Source: Eledone cirrhosa
Taxonomy: Eukaryota
Assembly (NCBI GenBank): GCA_964016885.1
Contig: OZ024743.1
Span: forward strand, 276,458,001 to 276,522,000
DNA: 64,000 nucleotides
Direction: 5' to 3'
Shown: positions 11,855 to 25,625 of the stretch, in pieces
How positions within the stretch are numbered: position 1 is the first letter of the stretch
Layout: every line of letters begins with the position of its first letter
The notes under the pieces: model-generated
The model's database searches: none
What the model was told of the DNA's origin: nothing
Seen by the model: the letters and a program-made list of their open reading frames with translations, nothing else
Translations under genes and position numbers: made by a program

Positions 11855-11912
11855 ACACCTGATGAGGTCACCGGGTTCTTACGCAACCTGGCCACTGAAA
11901 TGTGCATAGTGT
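11855..11912 (+). ncRNA. Type I hammerhead ribozyme motif in a PLE pLTR-like fragment
   Basis: ACAC-CUGAUGA-(GGU..CCGGGUU cuuacgc AACCUGG..ACU)-GAAA-UGUGCA-UA-GUGU; AATAAA at 11920; element (~11720-11975) bounded by TA tracts. Confidence 0.75.
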
Positions 11913-12242
11913 TTACAGTAATAAAACATTAAGGAAATTCAATATATTTGGCCACCTGTCATTTCACTTTATAATATATATAGTAATAATAAATGTGAAG
12001 ATTAAAGCTCGATAAATATTATATATATATATAATATATATATAAATATAAAAACCCGTAGAGCAAATAATTAGTACATGAACAGATTAAAATTTAAGCA
12101 AAGAATCATCGCTGCTCTCATCCGGTTTCAGAAGATCCCGTTAAGAGTGAAAGCAGCGATTTCAGATGACTCTACTTCGGTATTGAGTACTCTTTTCTCT
12201 CAGCCGTCAACTACACACGGATATGTATATATAGATATAGTA

Positions 12243-12440
12243 ATATAATAAACAACACAAGATAATTAATTCATTTACCAGTTGTTTCTTGAAGACAGAT
12301 ATTTATATCTGTCTTCAGTCGTCAGAAAGAATAATATCCCATATTATTCTTTCTGACGACTGAAGACAGATATAAATATCAGTCATCAAGAAACCACTGG
12401 TAAATGAATAAATTATCTTATGTTGTTTATTACATAACTA
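12243..12440. repeat. Palindrome of two divergent hammerhead-like pLTR fragments
   Basis: Both strands read CUGACGA-cUGAAGACAGAUAU aa AUAUC(U/A)GUC(U/A)UCAa-GAAA-C(C/A)ACUGG-UA; centre ~12340. Confidence 0.75.
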
Positions 12441-12829
12441 AAAAGCTCTGTAGCCTATATAGAGCACTCTCTTTTCCTTTACCTTTCCTACGGAAATACT
12501 TCATTCATATATATATATCAAGTAAGAATATTTTCGAAACAGCGAGTGGGTTTGAAATTATTAGAAATGTAAGCTATCGCCGTATTTTGACTAAAGAAAT
12601 TAAAGAAATTATTTAGCCTGATAGTGGGGTTAAGAACCCTCGGAGAAATGGAAAAAGATGAATATTGACGATATATATATATCCTTCAAATGTTGTATTC
12701 GTTTGCAAGAATCTTGATGTGAAATCGTGTGTTAAAGCAGATATTGTTATACTTCAGGGGAGTCAAGTTGCCAATACAAACACACGTCAGATGAGATTCA
12801 CTTCAGTTTTGTTATTAGTTAGGTAACTA

Positions 12830-13040
12830 GGGAGGTGGATTGGCAGTATCAGTAGACGACGCCATGTTGTGCAGCATAGAGCTATGGCCCTTTATGTACT
12901 GAGTTCAAATCCCACCGAGGTTAACTTTGCCTTTCATCCTTACAGGGTCGATAAAATAAAGTACCAGTCACGCACTGGGGTCGATTTAATCGACTTTTCT
13001 CTCCCACAAAATTGATGGCCTTATGCCTATATAAGAAACC
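12830..13040 (+). mobile_element. Full-length tRNA-derived SINE with a 19-bp target-site duplication
   Basis: TSD gttattagttaggtaacta at 12811-12829 and 13041-13059; A/B boxes. Confidence 0.92.
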
Positions 13041-13536
13041 GTTATTAGTTAGGTAACTAATCCAATTCTCGGTTAGTTTAGTAATCAGGTGGATATCTAA
13101 TGTTCACACCGAAGATGGAGTAAATAGCAAACGATAAAATGAAAGAGAAGACATAGAGAGAAAATAAAAAAGGAGACAAAATGGCTGAGAAACGCCAGCG
13201 ACACCTGCTACGTCAACCACGTGACCTCGTCTCTTTCCTCAGGCGGGATGTACTGCTCTCAGTTTAGCCTGGGAAAACGTCAATTCGAGGACTGAGAACA
13301 CGAGTGGTCTCGATCGTGACCGACACGAAAAGAGAGCACTTGGTCAAATGATGGTATTTAGCTATCCCTCACTCTTCTACGCTATGGACTGCAGTTCCCT
13401 TTCTGCGGCGTAACTGATTTTATTTATTAAAATCGTTGTATGGCATTGACATCCCTTCAAATTCTATTTGTCAAAATGGTTAAAATCTAACCTCAAAACT
13501 AGTAGTTATATATGTATATGTACACATGCACACACG

Positions 13537-13575
<39 letters not shown>

Positions 13576-13679
13576 CACACTCACACATGTATATGTGTAT
13601 ATAGATATCTATGTATATATATATATATATTTGAATGTATGTACACACACACACACACACACATATACGTATATATATA

Positions 13680-13760
<81 letters not shown>

Positions 13761-13761
<1 letters not shown>

Positions 13762-14334
13762 ATTAGTAAAAAGGAAAAGAAAATGCTGACAAATTTTTCC
13801 CAGTGAAAAATAGTTTAATTAGGAATAAGTATAAATTAGTAATTGTTTCTACTTTAGGCACAAGGCCAGCAATTATCTCAGTGTATTACTGGTACTTTAT
13901 TTTATCGACCCCGTAAGGATGAAAGGCAAAGTTAACCTCAGCTCAGTTTTAGTTTTAAGTTTTTACCGGTTGCGCATTTCTTATGCTTTTCAAAAATAAT
14001 TTTGAGATAGAGTCTTCGTGATTTTTGCTCTAATCTGATCAGTTTTGGAAATTCTTCCTGTTTTATGTGAAAAAAGTGGCTTGGGAGGTATTAAGATTTG
14101 GTTGGTTGTTGAATGTCACGTGAATAATCACTATAAATTTCGCGCCAATTCGGGTTGCAAAAATTCTTGGAGTCAAAACAATTTTGATTGGTCGGTAGAA
14201 GTCACGGGAATGTTTAAATTGATTTAAGCGCGAGCTTGTTTCGCGCCAAATGTAGGTTTGTCGAAGAGTGTCCTTTTCCGCTTGATTGAGTTGCAGTCAT
14301 GTTGAGAGGTCAACAGTTCAGGTGTCTATTAAGA

Positions 14335-14423
<89 letters not shown>

Positions 14424-14739
14424 CAAAGTGGTTCATTGTTGTGATAATGGAAATGAATCGGTCAGTAGGAATGTGTGTGTACGTGTGTGTGTGTGTGGGT
14501 AGCAAAGTGGTTCATTGTTGTGAAAACAGGAAGAATTTCCAAAACTGATCAGATTAGAGCAAAAATCACGAGCACTCTATCTCAAAATTATTTTTGAAAA
14601 GCATAAGAAATGCGCAACCGGTAAAAACTTAAAACTAAAACTGAATACTAATACTTATTACTAATTTATACTTATTCCTAATTAAACTATTTTTCACTGG
14701 GAAAAATTTGTCAGCATTTTCTTTTCCTTTTCACTAATA
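13761..14739. mobile_element. Non-autonomous DNA transposon (MITE/foldback) with ~215-bp TIRs
   Basis: 13761-14064 (interrupted by a SINE) is the reverse complement of 14523-14739; left end abuts (TA)n. Confidence 0.85.
13841..13942 (-). mobile_element. 5'-truncated SINE inserted in the left TIR of the MITE
   Basis: SINE core and tail; absent from the right TIR, which has atactaatactt instead. Confidence 0.85.
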
Positions 14740-14777
14740 TATCACAACTCGTGTGTCACACCTCCATTTAAAAAAAA

Positions 14778-14828
<51 letters not shown>

Positions 14829-14912
14829 TCTAGCGTGTATATATTTATCTGTCTGTTTATCTATCTGTCTATCACTTCAGCTCTCATCTTTCTCTCCCTC
14901 ACTTTCCGTGGT

Positions 14913-14964
<52 letters not shown>

Positions 14965-15213
14965 AGTATGTAGGCATTTATGTTTACTTTATGTAGGATT
15001 TTCTGTGTTGGTGTTGTGTAAGTTTTCTCGCACAGTTCCAATCCATTACTCTTGCAACCATCTCAATTTCTACTTACATCTATTAATCACATCCACCATC
15101 ACCGCCATCCATCATTCTTAACTCGACAAACAAAACAACTTACACTCAATTTGCTTCGAGTAAGCTTACCAAACACAAATACAGCACACAGCTCATGTGC
15201 GTGCACATACACG

Positions 15214-15342
<129 letters not shown>

Positions 15343-15469
15343 TTGTGTGTGTATTTGTGTGTGAAAGGAACATTTGTTTCTACAGAACTAGAACTATTTC
15401 TAAGTTTTAAATCATCAGTGCTAGTCTTGTAGAAGTCATTAATTTATGAAATATATATATGTATAGTAT

Positions 15470-15780
15470 GGTACAATATGGACCCGTAACTGCTGAGGGT
15501 GTCTTAGGGGTGCCATATTGACAAACGGCGTTTCTAGGTCTTGTTTTACACATGGCGGAGCCCATCTCCTCACCAGGTCTAAATACAGCAGATTTCTTCC
15601 AGAGAAGGGTAGAGAGAGTGGGGGAAAGGAAGTGAGAAAAAGATATAGAAAAAGAATCGAATCGTACATTTTTATCGATCTAGAATAGACGAAAGTTAAA
15701 GTTGACATCGGTGGGATTTAAACTCAGAAAGCAGAGAGCCGAAATAAATACTACGCAACATTCTACCCGACATTCTGATA
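15470..15780 (-). mobile_element. Diverged composite SINE (second subfamily with extended 3' region)
   Basis: Reverse complement resembles 26394-26640 and 26734-26975 (SINE head plus ccttctctggaagaaa.ctgctgtatt..gaggagatggg). Confidence 0.6.
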
Positions 15781-15835
15781 TGATATGTATCTTCTCTATT
15801 AACGTATTGAGTACCTTATTTAAGTGCCCTTCCCG

Positions 15836-15948
<113 letters not shown>

Positions 15949-16283
15949 TACTAAAGCTCTGCGATTGCTTGCTTGCTGGCTTGCTTGTCTGTAATAAAAT
16001 ACACCCAAAAGGGCGCATAATGGGGGAATACTTTGAAAGGAAGTTGCCCCTGAAATGGGAATACAAATGGAATAAAACAAGTTTCGCGTAAATCTAAGCA
16101 CGGGTTCCTGAGATATGGGGTTTTCTGGCTACCTTCATAAAGAGAAAGAAGGATACAGAAAAAGAGATAGTGGTTGTGAGATAGTAGATTGAAAGATAGA
16201 CATAGAGAGAGGGATAGGAGACAAAGAAGGTGAACGGAAGAGAGAGCTAGTGGTGTTGTATATATATATATGTGAGTGTGTGT

Positions 16284-16341
<58 letters not shown>

Positions 16342-16459
16342 ATGTGTATGTCTATGACCAGTGTATATATGTACACATGTCTATGACCAGTGTATATTTT
16401 GATTATTTAAAAATTATTTTTAAGTGAACAAGATTTCAAAAAAAATATTTTAAAGCGAA

Positions 16460-16487
16460 CGTGACCCAACGGGTCACGAGTGACCTA

Positions 16488-16488
<1 letters not shown>
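16460..16488 (+). mobile_element. Helitron-like 3' terminus
   Basis: Hairpin CGTGACCC-AAC-GGGTCACG followed 6 nt later by CTAG; next base is A rather than the usual T. Confidence 0.45.
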
Positions 16489-16526
<38 letters not shown>

Positions 16527-16730
16527 GTCTAATAAAATATACTTGATCACACGAACGTCTATTTTTGTTAATATTTTGAATTAATATATATATATATATA
16601 TTCATATATATATATTCATACGTGCAAACGTACATCAACTTCACTCAGCAAACAAAACAACTTACACTTAATTGGTTTTGAGTAGACCTACCAAACAAAC
16701 ACACATACATAAACACAAAAATACTAACGT

Positions 16731-16826
<96 letters not shown>

Positions 16827-17059
16827 ACACACACACACACGCACACACACACATTCATGGATATATATATATATATATACATGTGTATATCCATTCGTAT
16901 ACACATACATTCCTGACTACACATATCCATCCCTACGTAAATACATACATATACATATGCTGGAACTATCACGACTCTAAAAAAACCCTTGTCGCTTGGT
17001 TAGTGAAAAGGCTTGAACTCTGAGGGGGAGGGGATATAATATGTTTCAAAGAAAAAATA

Positions 17060-18012
17060 TATACATATACATGTACATACATACGTACATCCATCTATCC
17101 ATACATAGATATATACATATATGCATACGTACATACATATATACATTGATACATTAGATACATACATATATACATATGCACATAATACATACTTACATTC
17201 ACATATACATACATATATACATACATATATTCATCCATATATACATATTTACATACATACATATTTATATACATACATACATAACATACATACATACATA
17301 TTTATATACATACATACATACATACATACATACATAACATACATACATACATACATACATACATTAGATACATATATACATACATATATAACTACATACA
17401 TACATGCATACATACATAGATACATACATACATACAAATATACATACATACATAGCATACATACATTCATATATACATACATTCATATATACATACATAC
17501 ATTAGATATATACATATATACATACATTCATACATACAATAGATAAATACATACATACATTCATACATACAATAGATAATACATATATACATTCATACAT
17601 ACAATAGATACATACATACGTACATACAAATATACATACATACATACACACATACAATAGATACATACATACACACATAACTACATACATACATGCATAC
17701 ATACATAGATAGATACATACATACAAATATACATGCATACATAGCATACATACATTCATATATACATACATTCATATATACATACATTCATATATACATA
17801 CATACATTAGATACATACATACATTAGATATATACATACATATATACATACATTCATATATACATACATACATTAGATACATACATATATACATACATAC
17901 ATACATACATACATACATACATACATACATACATACATACATACATACATACATACATACATTAGATACATACATATATACATACATTCATACATACATA
18001 CATACATACATA
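17060..18012. repeat. (TACA)n compound microsatellite
   Basis: Direct reading. Confidence 0.95.
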
Positions 18013-18171
18013 CGATATATACACCCTGTTCCCTGTCTATATATTTCTTTATGTAGACACTCAGTGTAATCTCCGATTTTCAAAATGCCGGATGTTAGAT
18101 ATTTTCGCCTGCCAACTGCTCTGTTTATTTGGCTGTGGTTCAACATTTCAACATTAGCTTTGCTTTGCATT

Positions 18172-18569
18172 GCATCATCGGCATTGTCGTCATCGTGGTC
18201 ATCGTCATAGTCATCGGGATTATCGTCATAGTCATCGTCACCATCATCATCATCGTCGTCATCATCGTCGTCGTCACCTTCATCATCATTTGTCATCGTG
18301 ACCATCATCGTCATCGGCACCTTCATCATCATCATCGTCATCGGCACCTTCATCATCATCATTGTCATCGTCCTCGTCATCATCGTCATCATCATCATCA
18401 TAATCATTATTGTCTTCGTCATCGTCATTGTCATCATCATCATCGACATTATCATCAACATCATCATCTTCGTCTTCGTCATCATCATCATCATCATCAT
18501 CATCATCGTAGTCGTCATCATCATCATGTTCGTCATCATCATCATCATCATCATCATCATCTTCACCGC

Positions 18570-18600
<31 letters not shown>
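18172..18600. repeat. (CAT)n degenerate trinucleotide repeat
   Basis: Direct reading. Confidence 0.95.
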
Positions 18601-19119
18601 TATGGTGACAACAGTTTACCATCACAGTCAACATGATGACCATCATCAACATCAATATAACCATGATCGCTCTCACTATTACAACATCCTTCCCTAATAA
18701 TATCCGGAAACCGGGACCGCCACCACCACCGCTGCTGCCGACCCCCACCACCACTCTTATCTTTGGACGAGTGTCTTCTACTATTCTACTATAGGCCCGC
18801 TCTGACCAATGTCTTGTGAGTGAAAATTGATAGACATATACTGCATATAAACTACAGCAGAGAAATCTGATATTCAGCAGAAATATGATAGTCTCGTAAA
18901 ATCACGCCGAGAGGTTGGTAAGTTCCAAGGCCCAATGCCCAATTATCCTCCCCCTTCAGTCCTTCCATCACTTCTGCGACACCTTTCCTGTTCTTTTTCT
19001 TCTTTCTTTCTCTTTTTTTTCTATATTTCCCTATTCTTTATTTCCTTTTGTTTCCCCTTTTTTATTTTGTATTACTAAATAAGGCTTGTTTTTTTTGCTT
19101 TTATTACCAAAAGTAATAG

Positions 19120-19557
<438 letters not shown>

Positions 19558-19575
19558 TGTATATATAGGTGAAGG

Positions 19576-19747
19576 TGAAAGAGTCGGTATCCCTACGGCT
19601 GAGCTATTGCCGATTCAACAGCTAGTTCCACAGCAAGAGCTCAGCCATCGGGGTCCCGACTCTTTCATATAACCATACTCTACTACTCCAAGTATCAAGT
19701 ACTCTGGTGATGAGTAATGGTCTAAACACGTTTTTACTGTATCCATT
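19576..19747 (+). mobile_element. Second copy of the hammerhead-like fold-back element
   Basis: Inverted arms 19576-19610/19633-19667; gagctcagccatcggggtcc and the shared tail; between TA tracts. Confidence 0.7.
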
Positions 19748-19753
19748 TTAATG

Positions 19754-19831
<78 letters not shown>

Positions 19832-19902
19832 TATATATATAATATATAATATATATATATATATATATAATATATAATGTATATATATATATATATAATA
19901 TA

Positions 19903-19946
<44 letters not shown>

Positions 19947-20282
19947 CATAGATACATATACGAGTGGTATGAATGCAATTCAGCGAAAAACACCTCGATA
20001 CGGTAACTGAAAGTAGAATAATATTTATTGAAAGTTGAGAAACATTTGACTGAAACTCGCGTTTGATTGTGTCAATGTGTTTGTACATAGACACACACAC
20101 AGACAGACACGCACTCACATACACACACACACATTACCCCCCCCCCCACTCGTACACAGACACACCCACCCACAGACACATATTCACCCCCCCCCCCACG
20201 CACACACACACACACACACGCACACACACGCACACACACACACACATACACAGACATACACATACACAAACACACACATATA

Positions 20283-20357
20283 CAGTGTATCCCCAAAATG
20301 TATACACATTTTTATTAGAATGCTGTCGAAGTCTCTACAATTTTTAGGGATACCCTG
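20283..20357. mobile_element. 75-bp Tc1-like MITE
   Basis: TA-CAGTGTATCCCCAAAA ... TTTTAGGGATACCCTG-TA. Confidence 0.7.
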
Positions 20358-20374
20358 TATACATGTACACAAAG

Positions 20375-20427
<53 letters not shown>

Positions 20428-20526
20428 AATACCAAACATGCATGAAAAGAAGCGTATTTCATATGTTATTGTTAAGTTTTTCAAGTCTAATTAGTAGAAA
20501 TTTTATCTGGTGGATTTGACCGATGC

Positions 20527-20558
<32 letters not shown>

Positions 20559-20601
20559 TGTATGTATGTATGTATGTATGTATGTATGTATGTATGTATG
20601 T

Positions 20602-20965
20602 ATATTCTTCTGGTTTTATAATTTCACAAAGTTTTACCAATAGAGAGAGAGTCGGTTTCTAACATACACAAGACTCTCTCATTGGAATTTACACAACATC
20701 AACTAGGTAGATATGTATGTATGCATGCATGTGTAGATATGGATGTTATTGTATGTGTGGATGTGGATGTTTTGAGTTGTATGTGTGCATGTGTATATGC
20801 TGTTATTAGATGCAACATTTTTGGAATGTTTTACATATTTTTACTGTTCCATTAATGGATTGTACTTGTAGTTTCCTAACTAGTTGTGTTCTTTCTGTTC
20901 CTGTGAAGCCTAGCTTCTCAAGATTTGTATTGAGGCAGTTACTAACATATCCCAGTGCCCAATAA
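20602..20965 (-). mobile_element. 5'-truncated R4/Dong-type RLE retrotransposon (ORF C-terminus plus 3' UTR) in a (TACA)n tract
   Basis: IIGALGYVSNCLNTNLEKLGF..LVRKLQVQSINGTVKICKTF*, paralogous to the neighbouring element; (TATG)n on both sides. Confidence 0.8.
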
Positions 20966-21023
20966 TGTATGTATGTATGTATGTATGTATGTATGTATGT
21001 ATGTATGTATGTATGTATGTATG

Positions 21024-21057
<34 letters not shown>

Positions 21058-21077
21058 TGTATGCATGTATGTATGTT

Positions 21078-21925
21078 ATCTCTTTCTCTTAATTTCGAGT
21101 ATATTTTTTTGACCGGCCACCTTCCTGGTTTCAAGGTTGTAAAAGAAAAGAAATTGTCATCCCTTGAATCGCAAGAATGTTTTGCAAATTTTGAAGGTGC
21201 CAGCTATCGCAGCCATTTGTAGACTATGAATTAGGGAGCTGCGCTTTTTGTCCGCAAATCCAAGTTCAGTCATACTTTGGTCCAAGCGGGTTGGTATATA
21301 ACCCGTAGCTCCAATAATAATGGGTATGAAGCTAAAGGTGTATCTTGGATACTGGATTTGTAAACTCCTCATCAATGGTCCGTAGATGTCCTCCTTCTCC
21401 TGTATTTTTCTGACAACGGTTACATCAAGTGGGCAGCTGATCTCCACAGCAGAACACGCTTTCAATGTGTGGTCCCAAACAACAATATCAGGTCGGTTGT
21501 GCTTTAATTTGGTGGCAGTTTTTCTTTTCAGGTTCCACCAGTATTCCTTAGTGCCATCTGTCTCAATATATTCCTCCTCGTTTGTTGTTAATTTTGTTTT
21601 CCGAAGTGCGTTCCAGATGGTTCTAGCTATCCCATCGTGTCACATGGGGAGGTAGTAGCGAGATGACATTCTTTCGCAGCTGGCAACAATGTGGCTTACA
21701 TCCTCGATCTTTGTTTTACATAGCCTACATTTATTGTCAGCTGCTGGCCCTCCTCTTTTGTGCAGCAGATATTTGGTAGGGAGTTCTTGTTCCTGTATTG
21801 CATAGAGATATCCCTCAAGGTGTGATGTCATAAACTTGTCGGAACTCCATGCCAGGCTTTTTGAGTGGTTTATCCCCTCTATGGTCTGTGTTTTACGCCT
21901 CAAGTATCCATGCACAACTTTTTCT
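21078..21925 (-). mobile_element. 5'-truncated R4/Dong-type non-LTR retrotransposon with CCHC knuckle and restriction-like endonuclease
   Basis: AIQEQEL, CRLCKTKIEDVSHIVASC, (R>*)HDGIA, HNRPDIVVWD, VEISCP, KEDIY, IPIIIGATG; single in-frame stop at 21640-21642; ORF ends 21157; flanked by (TATG)n. Confidence 0.9.
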
Positions 21926-21990
21926 GTATGTATGTATGTATGTATGTATGTATGTATGTATGTATGTATGTATGTATGTATGTATGTATG

Positions 21991-22580
21991 TGCTACTGGT
22001 AACATGTATCCCAGTACAACCTGTCTCATGGTCGGGTCGTTGGCGACTAAACTGGCAACCCCACCAAGGTTTCTTGGTGAGGAGGGTGACTTTGGACATC
22101 CTGCAGGACTAAAAACAAAACCTGTCAAAGGGCAAAGGAGCTCTTAAGAGTCAATGGCCATCCAAAATCAGTGGGAGAGATGACCCCTTAGCCTTTGTCA
22201 AGGCAGAATTCTAGGAGAAGGAAAACTCTGATATAACACCTGCAACCCTGATGGTATCCAATGATGTTGACTTGTTCTTCTTTTTGGTAAATATCATCTT
22301 GGTTAAGAGAGTGGGACTGGCTTTGTGCAGTGCCTTTGCTCACTATAAAAGCTTCACGGCACAGGCATTGCTTTGTATCTGGAGATCTCTCTGCACTTGT
22401 CGTCACATGGTACCAAAGGCAAAGCACTATGTGTCAATAATTGTCACAAGTGTAGTGTTTGTACCAGAGTTTTCAAGTCGCTGGCTGGACTAAAAAGTCA
22501 CTCGTTCAGCGCATCGGTAGGGGTTCTCCTACATGGATATAAAGTAGTGGCCGTACTCGAAAACGAGTTGGCAGCCACCA
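21991..22580 (+). mobile_element. Non-autonomous RTE-derived (internally deleted/bipartite) element, copy 1, with a (TGTA)n tail
   Basis: ~560 bp nearly identical to 22940-23498; 3' part encodes CSVCTRVFKSLAGLKSH, the zinc-finger-like motif found at RTE ORF ends; terminal hairpin actcg-aaaa-cgagt. Confidence 0.65.
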
Positions 22581-22939
22581 TGTATGTATGTATGTATGTG
22601 TGTGTATGTATGCATGCATGTATGTATGCATGTATGTATGCATGTATGTATGCATGTATGTATGTATGTTGTATGTATGTATGTGTGTATGTATTTATGT
22701 ATGTATGTATGCATGTATGTATGTATGCATGTATGTATGTGTGTATGTATACATGTATGTATGTATGTATGTATGTATGTATGTATGTATGTATGTATGT
22801 ATGTATGTATGTATGTATGTATGTATGTATCTATGCATATATGTATGTGTGTATGTGTGTATGTGTTTATGTACGTATGTATATAAGTATGTATGCATGT
22901 ATGTATGTATATGTATGTATATATGTATGTATGTATTTA

Positions 22940-23498
22940 TCTCATGGTCGGGTCGTTGGCGACTAAACTGGCAATCCCACAAAGGTTTCTTGGTGAGGAG
23001 GGTGACTTAGGACATCCTGCAGGACTAAAAACAAAACCTGTCAAAGGGCAAAGGAGCTCTTAAGAGTCAATGGCCATCCAAAATCACCGGGAGTGATGAC
23101 CCCTTAGCCTTTGTCAAGGCAGAATTCTAGGAGAAGGAAAACTCTGATATAACACCTGCAACCCTGATGGTATCCAATGATGTTGACTTGTTCTTCTTTT
23201 TGGTAAATATCATCTTGGTTAAGAGAGTGGGACTGGCTTTGTGCAGTGCCTTTGCTCACTATAAAAGCTTCACGGCACAGGCATTGCTTTATATCTGGAG
23301 ATCTCTCTGCACTTGTCATCACATGGTAACATGGGCCCAGCACTATGTGTCAATAACTGTCACAAGTGTAGTGTTTGTACCAGAGTTTTCAAGTCGCTGC
23401 CTGGACTAAAAAGTCACACTCGTTCAGCGTATCGGTAGGGGTTCTCCTACATGGATATAAAGTAGTGGCCGTACTCGAAAACGAGTTGGCAGCCACCA
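22940..23498 (+). mobile_element. Non-autonomous RTE-derived element, copy 2
   Basis: Direct repeat of 22024-22580, separated by (TATG)n. Confidence 0.65.
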
Positions 23499-23614
23499 TG
23501 TATTTATGCATGTTTGTATGTATGTATGTTTGTTTTTCTCTATTTCTTCTTTACATTCATATATATAGATTTAAATTTATTTGAATCAGTATACTATTAT
23601 ATCACAAAAGGAAC

Positions 23615-24642
23615 TACACACACACACACACGTACCTACACCTATATACACAGACATATATATATACACATACGCTCACGTTTGCACATATACAAACCCT
23701 CACATAATAACACAAAGTAACAGACGTTCACATTTACAACAAGCACGCCTATATGCCAACAGATACACACACCTATTCACACATATAACATGCATCCTCT
23801 CGCACACTGACACATGCACACACACACACACACCTCCACACATACACACACCTCCACACATACAACAAACACGCACACGTCCACACATACAACAAACACA
23901 CTCACACACACACGCACACACATTAAAATATGCGCACTCACACCTCCACACATGCAACAAACACACATATGCAGACACACACACGCATACACATCCACAC
24001 ATGCAACAAACACACATATACACTCAAGCACACACATACACACACCTGTACATACACACACATACGCGCACACACATTTAAACATGCACATTCACACCTC
24101 CACACACGTAACAAACACACGCACACGTCAACACATACAACAAACACACTCACATAAGCATACACACGGACACACATCGATACATGCAGCAAACACACAG
24201 ACACTCAAGTATACACAAATACACACATGCACACACACGTACACACGCACATACATTCAAACATGCACACTCACATTTCAACTCATACAACAAACACACA
24301 CACACGTCCACACACACACACGCATACACATTTAAACATGCACACTCATACTCCACCTATACAACAAACACACACACAGGCATCCACACATATAACAAAC
24401 ACAATCACATATGCACACACACAAGGTCACACATCCACACAGGCAACAAACAAACTCACAGTCAGGTACACACAAATACACACACACACACACACACACG
24501 TACACACGCACATACATACAAACATGTACACTCACATCTCAACACATACAACAAACACACACACACGTCCACAATGACATATGCAGACACACGCGCTCAT
24601 ACATTCACGCAGGCAACAAACACACTCACACTCAAGTACACA

Positions 24643-24727
<85 letters not shown>

Positions 24728-24790
24728 ACACACGCGCACACACACTCATACACACACACGCACGCACACACATTCAAAGACACACACACT
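23615..24790. repeat. Degenerate CA-rich low-complexity block with loose internal duplications
   Basis: Recurring aaacatgcac..tcaca.ctc.acaca and caacaaacacac motifs. Confidence 0.85.
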
Positions 24791-25337
24791 GAACTGAATA
24801 CGTACGTAAAAATGTCTAAATCTTAACCATTGAAAAATGGCGACAACGAAAGTCGTCAAAGGTTTTGCAGATCGGCAGTTAAAGAAGTATAACAGCTGTA
24901 CGTTTGATTGGAATCGAACTCAGATAGAGTATGTCCTTAAGTTAAGTTCTTTTGGATACTTTGTGTTATGGCATCAAAGCTGATCTGACAATCTAGCAGA
25001 TCTGAACTCTTGTTTGTTGTTTTATAGTAGTTTGGTGTAAACATATCAAAGAGAAGAGGCCGACAGACTATAGTGATGTATGTGGTGGCAGTGAGTGATA
25101 TAGAAGGGCTTTAAAGTTGTGATGGAGGACAGAGAGTAAGAGTGAAGTGAGTGCATGAGAGAGAGTGAAGGATTAAATATATATATGTGTGTGTGTTTCT
25201 GCGCGTGTGTGTATGTGTATAAGTATATATATTTATGCGTGCGTGCGTATATATATACACAAACACACAGATATACATTGTATATATATATATATATACT
25301 TATACACACACGCACACACACACTGATTTATATATAT

Positions 25338-25415
<78 letters not shown>

Positions 25416-25594
25416 CGATACGATAGAGAAATTCGGGACGAGGAAAGTATGAACTTCAACAAGAGAGCGAGAGAGGGTGGCGAATGTGTGTAAGTGTTTT
25501 TGATTCTGTGATCTTTAAAATCGAATAATGTGCGTGACTATGTTATAAACAGAATGAGATAGGGTGTGGGTGAAAGAGAAGTAGAAGGTAAAGA

Positions 25595-25625
<31 letters not shown>

